The notes under the pieces: generated by a model | Told to the model about the DNA's origin: nothing | Databases searched by the model: none | What the model saw: only the letters and a program-made list of their open reading frames with translations | Position numbers and translations under genes: made by a program | Assembly (NCBI GenBank): GCA_903906425.1 | Contig: CAIVKH010000193.1 | Location: 2,903-66,902 of the forward strand | DNA length: 64,000 nucleotides | Origin: an uncultured bacterium | GTDB taxonomy: Bacteria > Verrucomicrobiota > Kiritimatiellia > CAIVKH01 | Direction of reading: 5' to 3' | In this document: piece after piece, positions 29,537 to 36,723 of the stretch | How positions within the stretch are numbered: position 1 is the first letter of the stretch | How the letters are laid out: each line of letters opens with the position of its first letter

Positions 29537-32500
29537 TTACAATGACAGCAGGCTGCGGACGTCTTCCCACGTCAGATGCTCGACGGCCATTTCTTCGCGG
29601 GCGAGTGCGGCGTCAATCACGGCGCGCTTGCGCTGCTGGAGTTCGAGGACTTTTTCCTCGACGGTTTCGCGGGTGATGAGCTTGATGGCATAGACGGTTT
29701 TTTCCTGGCCGATGCGGTGCGCGCGGTCGGTGGCCTGATCCTCGACTGCCGGATTCCACCACGGGTCGAAGTGAATCACCATGTCCGCGCCGGTCAGGTT
29801 CAGTCCTGTGCCGCCGGCTTTCAGGCTGATCAGGAAGGCCGGGTACGTTGAGTCGCGATTGAACTTCGTGACCTCGCCAATGCGGTCCTTGGTGCTGCCG
29901 TCGAGATAGCAGTACGGGATCTTTTCCTGGTCGAGTTCGGTCCGCAGGATGGTGAGCATCGAGACGAACTGGCTGAAAACCAGCACGCGGTGGCCGCCGT
30001 CCATCGCCTCTTCGAGCAGCTCGTGAAACAGGTCGAGCTTCGCCGACGGCTCGCTGGATTTGAAATCTTTCATCCGCAGCAGGTCGAGATGGCAGCAGAC
30101 CTGGCGCAGCTTGGTCAGCGTCTTGAGCACGGCGAACCGCGAGCGCGCGAAACCGTCCTTGCCCACGATGCTGGTAACTTCCTGCTGGGCCTGTTCGAGG
30201 AGCTTCGCATAGACGTTACGCTGGTCGCGCGTCATCGTGCAGTAAGCGATGCGCTCGAGCCGCGGCGGCAGTTCGGTCGCGACTTCGCGTTTGAGGCGGC
30301 GCATCAGGAACGGATGGATTTTTTTCCGCAGCCGCGATTGCGCCGCCGAGCCTTCGCGGCCCGCGTTCGAAATCGGAACTTCGTACGACGTGCGGAAGCG
30401 CTCGTAACCGCCGAGATAACCGGGCATCAGAAAGTCCATGATCGACCACAAATCCGCGACGCCGTTTTCAATCGGCGTGCCGGTCAGCACGAGCCGGTGA
30501 TGCGCATCAATCATCTTTGCCGCCTTCGCATTTTGCGTGGAGCGGTTCTTGATGTGCTGCGCCTCGTCGAGCACCGCGACGGCAAAATCGTATTGCCGGT
30601 ATTGTTCGATGTCGCGGCGCAAAAGCGCGTACGAGGTGATGACCAGATCGGCCTTCGGAACGCCGTCCCAAACCTTGTGCCGCTCCGCGCCGGAAACCAC
30701 GAGAACCTTCAGCCCCGGCGTGAACCGCGAAGATTCCATCGCCCAGTTTTCGATGAGGCTGGTCGGACAAACCACCAGCGAGGGCAGATTCGCGCTGCCT
30801 TTTTTCAGCCGCGCGAGCTGGATCCACGCGAGCGCCTGGATCGTTTTGCCGAGGCCCATGTCGTCGGCCAGAATTCCGCTGAAGCCACCGCCCTCGAGGA
30901 ATCGCAGCCAGCGAACGCCGTCCTTCTGATAACCGCGCATAATCCGTTCAAGGTCATCCGGGAATTGCACCGGCATGAACTCCACCGCGCGGTTCTGCCG
31001 CTGCGCGATGGCCTCGACGGTTTCGTCAGCCTCGACGTGAACTCCATGGAGCGATCGCAGCAGCGCCATCAAATAGCCCGCATTCTCCTCGCCGATCTTC
31101 CACGTCTTTTCCGTCTCGTCCTCGCTCTCCGAGATCAGGTCGGTCACTGCCGTCATCGTCTCGCGATCCAGCAGCAGCGTCTTTCCGTTGCGTTCGAGGT
31201 GCGACGAACCCGCACGCAGCGCCGCGTCAATTTCCTCCAGCGAAACGGATCCGCCCTCGCCATCCGCGCAGTTGAATGAAATCTCGAACCATCCCGCGCC
31301 TGCCGACGTGACCTTCACCTCGGGCTCCAGCCATCGCGCACCCTTGCTGACCGCCTCCAGCTCGCCGGCGAACTCAACATCAATGCCGTCGGCCTTGATC
31401 GCCGGGACGATTCGCCCCAGGAAATCCATCACGTCGCGGGCCCCATCAATCGTGTTGAGCCGGTCGCCGGTCTCGCCGGTCAGCCCGTGTTTTGCGAGAT
31501 GCGCGAGTCCAAACTGCTCGGCCTTTTCGTTGCGCGTGAGATAGCGCCGCGGCGAGGTCGGATCGGGTGCCGTGAAATTTTCATCCGGCAGGCCGCGACC
31601 TGCGGCGGCAAGGTCCGCACCATAGACCGCGTACAACGTTGAGACGAGCTGATCGGGCGAACCGCGCAGAACGAGCTTGAAGGAAGGCTCGCCCGGCGTG
31701 AACTCGAGATCGCCAATACCAGCCTTCGATTCGATGAGCATCGTCTGTTCGAGCACCGGAAGATCGCGGCGCAGAAACGCGGGAACGGAGGTGCGCGGAA
31801 TCCTCATCTGCCCGCGATACGCATCCTGAAACGCGGGCGGCAGGACCTGTTCGAGTTGCGAAAATGTGTCGTCCGCAAATATCCACGCGATCCGCCGCGT
31901 CGCGATCATCAGCGGATTTCGGACGCCTTCGATTTCATGCTCGATGACGATTTCGCCGGAGTCTGAGAGCGAGACGCGGATCAGCGGCATGGTTTTCTTG
32001 TCGCTGACGCGGACCTTTTCCCTACCTTCGCCGACAAATATTTCGCCGGGAGCGAGCGTCGTCAGCAAATGCAAAAAGCCCTCCAGCGGCATCGTCATCC
32101 GCCCGGGCAGCGGGCCGCGCATGATGTCTTCCATGAGATAGAGCAGCATTTCATCGCGCGGCGACCACGCGAACCACGGATGCGTGCCGATACGGTCAAT
32201 GCGATCGCGGCCGCGCGGCGCGATGACGTGGGCGGAGAGCGTCACGTTCCCCTGCCCCACCGTCTCACGCCAGTCCTGCGAAATCCAAAGCTGCAACTGC
32301 GCAGGAATCGCCATCGCGTGCTTCTGCGGAATGCGGCGAACATAACCCGCCGCCGGTCCGGTCATCTTTTCGCGCTCGCGCCGTTTCGCGATGCGCTGTT
32401 CGCGGTCGTGCTGCGGATCGGAAATCTCATCGGCATACGCGAGGCCGGCGGCGACGACGTGCGCGCAAATCAGCCCGCGGTCGCGGGCGTCGCGGCACGG

Positions 32501-32701
32501 GCAGGCGGTGTCAACGGTTCCATCCCGCAGCGGGCGGAACCGTGTCTCGATGGTCCGCTCGCCGTACGCAATTTCGGCGGTGATCCAGTCGCCGTCGGCC
32601 GCGATCTTTTTCGCCGCGTTCTGCTCGAAGAGGCGCAGGCCGTCGCGAAACTGCATTGGGCCGGCCCATCGCTGGACCTGATCACGTGTGAAATAAAGCA
32701 T
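29537..32701 (-). CDS. SWIM zinc-finger SNF2-family helicase
   Basis: CPC...CAH SWIM; LADDMGLGKT, DEAQHIKN, LTGTPIEN, SLKAGGTGLNL, QATDRAHRIGQ. Confidence 0.93.
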   Translation of the reverse strand: MLYFTRDQVQRWAGPMQFRDGLRLFEQNAAKKIAADGDWITAEIAYGERTIETRFRPLRDGTVDTACPCRDARDRGLICAHVVAAGLAYADEISDPQHDREQRIAKRREREKMTGPAAGYVRRIPQKHAMAIPAQLQLWISQDWRETVGQGNVTLSAHVIAPRGRDRIDRIGTHPWFAWSPRDEMLLYLMEDIMRGPLPGRMTMPLEGFLHLLTTLAPGEIFVGEGREKVRVSDKKTMPLIRVSLSDSGEIVIEHEIEGVRNPLMIATRRIAWIFADDTFSQLEQVLPPAFQDAYRGQMRIPRTSVPAFLRRDLPVLEQTMLIESKAGIGDLEFTPGEPSFKLVLRGSPDQLVSTLYAVYGADLAAAGRGLPDENFTAPDPTSPRRYLTRNEKAEQFGLAHLAKHGLTGETGDRLNTIDGARDVMDFLGRIVPAIKADGIDVEFAGELEAVSKGARWLEPEVKVTSAGAGWFEISFNCADGEGGSVSLEEIDAALRAGSSHLERNGKTLLLDRETMTAVTDLISESEDETEKTWKIGEENAGYLMALLRSLHGVHVEADETVEAIAQRQNRAVEFMPVQFPDDLERIMRGYQKDGVRWLRFLEGGGFSGILADDMGLGKTIQALAWIQLARLKKGSANLPSLVVCPTSLIENWAMESSRFTPGLKVLVVSGAERHKVWDGVPKADLVITSYALLRRDIEQYRQYDFAVAVLDEAQHIKNRSTQNAKAAKMIDAHHRLVLTGTPIENGVADLWSIMDFLMPGYLGGYERFRTSYEVPISNAGREGSAAQSRLRKKIHPFLMRRLKREVATELPPRLERIAYCTMTRDQRNVYAKLLEQAQQEVTSIVGKDGFARSRFAVLKTLTKLRQVCCHLDLLRMKDFKSSEPSAKLDLFHELLEEAMDGGHRVLVFSQFVSMLTILRTELDQEKIPYCYLDGSTKDRIGEVTKFNRDSTYPAFLISLKAGGTGLNLTGADMVIHFDPWWNPAVEDQATDRAHRIGQEKTVYAIKLITRETVEEKVLELQQRKRAVIDAALAREEMAVEHLTWEDVRSLLSL

Positions 32702-32735
32702 GGCAGAAAACTGGGGAGAAATGCCCGGACTCAAA

Positions 32736-33176
32736 TCAAGAGATTAGCTCGATTGCATTTTGATTTTTGTCGTTCGTCGGAAGAAGTGATGTGATGCCTT
32801 TGTCCATTGTCGCAAGCCGTCCCCCTGATTGAATAGCCAGCGACAGAAGATACGCGTCATTGACTTGGTTATGGCCGCCCAGCATGTGCGTCGGCACGTG
32901 TTGCAACGCGGCAAGGGGAAAATGGTCCGGCCAGAAAACGTGGCGCGGAAGGCCTGTCAACCGCTTGAGAAGCTCCACCGCTTCGTGTGGCGTCACGGCA
33001 TCAGCTATGATCTTTGGATTCGAGGAAAATCTGACAAAGGCACATTCGGTCAGCGGACATGTCGCCCACCCGTTGCGGCTCTTAATGGCAAACCATTCAT
33101 GAATTTTCGCATGATGAATATGATTGGGCCATGCGAGCGCAATGAGCACGTTTGCATCCAGTAGATATGGTTTCAC
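32736..33176 (-). CDS. vapC: VapC-family PIN-domain toxin
   Basis: LLDANVLIAL, TE..FVR, QVNDAYL, LATMD. Confidence 0.9.
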   Translation of the reverse strand: MKPYLLDANVLIALAWPNHIHHAKIHEWFAIKSRNGWATCPLTECAFVRFSSNPKIIADAVTPHEAVELLKRLTGLPRHVFWPDHFPLAALQHVPTHMLGGHNQVNDAYLLSLAIQSGGRLATMDKGITSLLPTNDKNQNAIELIS

Positions 33177-33400
33177 GTCTCATCCTCGCTTCGCCGAACA
33201 TCGTCAGGAGTGATGGGCTTTGCGTTGGGCGAGACGCGAAATACGGGAAAACCCCTTGGCGTCCGTGCAACGCGCCGTTCCGACGCCAGCCCCCGCCTTG
33301 CCAGCTCGGAGATCATTTCGCCAACAGATACATCGCGGTTTTCCGCCATGGATCTGGCAACCCGCAGAATCTCGTCATCGAGTGTCAATGTCGTTCTCAT
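33173..33400 (-). CDS. vapB: VapB-family ribbon-helix-helix antitoxin
   Basis: MRTTLTLDDE..SVGEMISELARRGL; overlaps vapC start. Confidence 0.88.
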   Translation of the reverse strand: MRTTLTLDDEILRVARSMAENRDVSVGEMISELARRGLASERRVARTPRGFPVFRVSPNAKPITPDDVRRSEDET

Positions 33401-33410
33401 GCAGTTACCG

Positions 33411-33435
33411 TGACATCACATCATCACGATGTCAA
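33411..33435 (-). promoter_or_regulatory. Putative vapBC operator overlapping a -35 box
   Basis: Inverted repeat TGACATC-N10-GATGTCA (33411-33434) overlapping TTGACA on the minus strand just upstream of vapB. Confidence 0.6.
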
Positions 33436-34397
33436 GATGCTGAGGCTGTAACAACGTTTTGCGGTTTGCCGGCGATGAATGCCGCCAGGTTTTCAGCGGC
33501 GGTCTTCATGCAGCGCTGTCGCGCGGCTTTTGCAGCCCAGGCGTGATGCGGCGTGATGATGCAATTGTTGAATCGGAAAAGTGGGTGATTTAATTCGGGC
33601 GGTTCTTCTTTCATGACATCGAGCGCTGCGCCGGTGATCTTCCGCTCTTTCAAGACGGCGACGAGCGCTTCCTCATCGAGCACTCCGCCGCGGCTTGTGT
33701 TGATGAGATAGGCCGTCGGTTTCATCATCCGCAGCCGTTCGGCGCTGACTAGATTTTCGGTGAGCGGCGTAAGCGGGATGTGGACGGAGACGATGTCGCT
33801 TTCGCGAAAGACGGTTTCGAGATCGGTGAAGCGAATTCCCGCGACAGGTTCCGCCGGCGGCGTGCGCGTGTTGACGATGACTTTCATGTCGAAGGCCACG
33901 GCGCGGCGGGCGACGGCCTTTCCGGTTTCGCCGTAGCCGATGATGCCCATCGTGAGGCCGGCGAGTTCGAGGATCGGAAAATTCCAGTAGCAGAAATCGG
34001 ACTCGCGGCTCCAGCGGCCCTTTTTCACGGTGCTTATGTGGTGATCCACCTGCCGCGCGAAATGAAGCAGCAGCGCGAAGACGTGCTCGGCGACGGAGGC
34101 GGTGCTGTAGCCGGGGACGTTCGTGACGACGACGTTTCGCTTCAGGGCGGCCTCGACGTTGACGACGTTGTAGCCGGTGGCCAGCACGCCGATGTAGCGG
34201 GTTTCGGTCAGCTTGCGGATGATCTCGCGGTTCAGCTGCGTCTTGTTGGTGAGGATCGCGTTCGCATGTTCCGCGCGCTTCAAAACCGTCTCCGGCGGGC
34301 TGCGGTCATAGACCGTCAGATCGCCAAGCGCTTTGAAGGCGGCCCACGAGAGGTCGCCGGGGTTCAATGTGTAGCCATCGAGAACAACAATTTTCAT
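33432..34397 (-). CDS. D-2-hydroxyacid dehydrogenase (glycerate dehydrogenase-like)
   Basis: MKIVVLDGYTLNPGDL, GIIGYG, INTSRG, ALDV..EP, ITPH. Confidence 0.92.
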   Translation of the reverse strand: MKIVVLDGYTLNPGDLSWAAFKALGDLTVYDRSPPETVLKRAEHANAILTNKTQLNREIIRKLTETRYIGVLATGYNVVNVEAALKRNVVVTNVPGYSTASVAEHVFALLLHFARQVDHHISTVKKGRWSRESDFCYWNFPILELAGLTMGIIGYGETGKAVARRAVAFDMKVIVNTRTPPAEPVAGIRFTDLETVFRESDIVSVHIPLTPLTENLVSAERLRMMKPTAYLINTSRGGVLDEEALVAVLKERKITGAALDVMKEEPPELNHPLFRFNNCIITPHHAWAAKAARQRCMKTAAENLAAFIAGKPQNVVTASAS

Positions 34398-34478
34398 ACG
34401 GGAAATCCGGTCGTCTTTGTCCGCCTCTCGTAAACCATTTTCAAGGGCGGCTGCAAGTTCCGCGTTCACTTCGTGCGA

Positions 34479-35648
34479 TCAGAGTTTCTTGTCCATTTCG
34501 AAATGCGGAAGCGAAACCTCGGTGAATTCCGGGCCGCAAATCTTGTAGCCGAGCTTTTCGTAGAAGCCGGCGGCGGATTTTCGCGCGTGCATAAACATCC
34601 GTTTTGCCCCGCGGGCGCGGGCGACCGCCTCGGCAAATTCGATCAGCACTCGGCCGACGCCTTTCTTCTGGCAGTCCGCCGCGACCGCCATCTGACGCAG
34701 TTGCGGTTCGTGCGGAGCCGTCGCGGTGAGAATACAGCAGCCGACGATCCGCTCGCCCGCATAACATCCGAGCAGCGTGTCCTGCTTCTCGCGCTCCAGA
34801 AAATCCGGCGCGAATACCAGGCCGAGCGGCTTGCGCAGGACCTCATCGCGCAGTTTCACCATTTCGTCGTACGCCGCGCTTCCGTGCCCGATCAGCCTGC
34901 ATTTCAATTCCACGGGCATCGCGACCGCCGCGCCGGTGACCCCGGAGCCGAGTTCCTCGAAAACTTTTTTCATCAGCGGCATCAGGTTTTTGATGTCCTC
35001 GCGATTGTATGCCAGCAGCACTTCCAGCGACTCCTCGCTGCCGTGTTCGAATTCGCGCCACAGCCGCACCGCGTCCCAGCCGTCCAGACCGCGCGCCTCC
35101 GGGCAGCGCTCGATGCCGACCTGCTGCTCGATGGATTTCAGCCCGCCGCTGAATCCGATTCGGCGCAGCGCGAAGCGCAGGTCCACGTGAACGTGGTTGA
35201 AAAGATTGTACATGAACCGCCGCCGGATCATCGGCATGTCGAACAGCGCGCCGTTGAATGTGACGATGAGCGGATGCTCCTCGATGAGTTCCTTCGCCTT
35301 TTCCAGATCGCGCCCGCGGACGAACGTGCGCGCCTCACGGCCGTCGAAGCAGCCGATGACGGTGATCGAATCCTCCTCGGTGCCGCCGTCGGTTTCGATG
35401 TCCACATAGAGCGCGCGATGTCCGAGATCGGCGAACGCCCGCCATCGCTCGCTGGCGGGAATCGCGCGGTCGAAAAAATTCCAGTCGCGGGCATCGAAGC
35501 GGCGCTGCGACTCGGCCACATCGCCATGCCACCGCGCGAAGTCCTCGCGCTCCAGCGCGGCGGCCCAATCGCGCACGCCCTTCTTCCAAATCTTGCGCTC
35601 GGTGGCCGGGCCGATGCCCTGAATGTGGCAAAACGTCTGACGAATCAT
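34479..35648 (-). CDS. RNase H-like (YprB-type) exonuclease fused to C-terminal GNAT acetyltransferase
   Basis: GIG HhH, YVDIET, TFNG..FD, HVDL, GLKSIE, YNREDI; then LRQMAV...QKKGVG, HAR..A.GFYEKLGY. Confidence 0.82.
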   Translation of the reverse strand: MIRQTFCHIQGIGPATERKIWKKGVRDWAAALEREDFARWHGDVAESQRRFDARDWNFFDRAIPASERWRAFADLGHRALYVDIETDGGTEEDSITVIGCFDGREARTFVRGRDLEKAKELIEEHPLIVTFNGALFDMPMIRRRFMYNLFNHVHVDLRFALRRIGFSGGLKSIEQQVGIERCPEARGLDGWDAVRLWREFEHGSEESLEVLLAYNREDIKNLMPLMKKVFEELGSGVTGAAVAMPVELKCRLIGHGSAAYDEMVKLRDEVLRKPLGLVFAPDFLEREKQDTLLGCYAGERIVGCCILTATAPHEPQLRQMAVAADCQKKGVGRVLIEFAEAVARARGAKRMFMHARKSAAGFYEKLGYKICGPEFTEVSLPHFEMDKKL

Positions 35649-35711
35649 GCGCCGATCCTACCCCACGCGCCGCCCGCGTCGCAACCGCCCGCGAAAATCT
35701 TGCACCGCCAC

Positions 35712-35759
35712 TTCCGATGATTGGAAAAGACCGGCCGCGAAAACTTCCAACCATTGGAA
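35712..35759. repeat. Palindrome doublet locus 10
   Basis: TTCCGATGATTGGAA (35712) + TTCCAACCATTGGAA (35745), period 33. Confidence 0.9.
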
Positions 35760-35783
35760 CTCATGGAGCGGCTCCGTAGCGCC

Positions 35784-36071
35784 GCCGGCACGGCCTGATC
35801 TGATGCCGGCAAGCCCTTGCCCGCAGCTGGCAAGACCTTGCTGGAAGCAATCAAGCCATTGCTGGCAACCGGCAAGACATTCAACAAATCTGGCAAGACC
35901 TTGCTGGAAGATGGTATGACCATACACGAAACTGGAAAGACCTTGCTGTAAGCTGGCATTACATTCCAAGAAGCTGGAAAGACATTGCCGTAGGCCGGCA
36001 AGACATTCCCTTAAGCCGGAAAGACATTTCTGGAGGCTGGAAAGGCCTTTCTAGGAGCTAGACAAGCCTGA
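35784..36071. repeat. Degenerate 21-bp tandem repeat, about 13 units
   Basis: Consensus GCTGGCAAGACMTTGCTGGAA in exact 21-bp phase from 35805 to 36056, with degenerate edge units. Confidence 0.9.
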
Positions 36072-36218
36072 TTTGCGGCCGCTTTTGCCTTGTTTGCCGC
36101 TGGTAAACAGCAACTTGCGCATAAAACGCCCCAAACCGTCAAAAACAGGGCAAATCCACCGGTGCCGGCTGGAGGGGCGCCGTCCCGCCCCCTTTGGAGA
36201 GACGGTTTCCAGCCGCCG

Positions 36219-36524
36219 CAGCGGAGGATCTGCGCGCTGGAATTCGTCGCGCCGGAGGCCGGGGATTACAAGCTGGCCGGCACCGCGTACGCGCGAATCT
36301 GGGAAGGCAAAAACAAAATGTCGCTGCGCCTGTTGCGCATGAACAATTCGGACGCGCAGGAAATCGGCAGCATCGCCATCGAACAAAAAGCCACCGTGTC
36401 GCTCGACACGCTGTCGGCACATCTCAACGCCGGCGACGAACTCGTGTTGCTGCCGGAGATTGACGGCATGTTTAACGGAGGCGAAATCACGTTGCGCGAT
36501 TTCACGATCACGATGGCACGATGA
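36219..36524 (+). pseudogene. Probable orphan 3' fragment of a beta-sandwich protein gene (left boundary approximate)
   Basis: Protein-like LEFVAPEAGDYKLAG...LNAGDELVLLP with genome-like codon usage, but no credible start. Confidence 0.45.
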
Positions 36525-36525
36525 G

Positions 36526-36572
36526 TTCCAATGATTGGAAATGACCGCGCCGCTGACTTCCAATCATTGGAA
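36526..36572. repeat. Palindrome doublet locus 11
   Basis: TTCCAATGATTGGAA (36526) + TTCCAATCATTGGAA (36558), period 32. Confidence 0.95.
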
Positions 36573-36723
36573 ATTTGCGGCTGGCGGCCATCGGGCGCGC
36601 CAGAAAAAGGCGTAGGCGGCGCGGGTGTTGGCGGGTAAGGTGTGAAGCGGTCGGAACCGGCGCGGTTCCGAGTGTGCACGCGCGAAATGGCGCTGGTGAG
36701 TGTTCAAAAATATTGTGCGAGTT

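Noticed and set aside
29537-35648. SNF2 + VapBC + exonuclease as an anti-phage defence island
   Set aside because: The SWIM-SNF2 and dehydrogenase are typical housekeeping types; no other defence or mobility genes are nearby.
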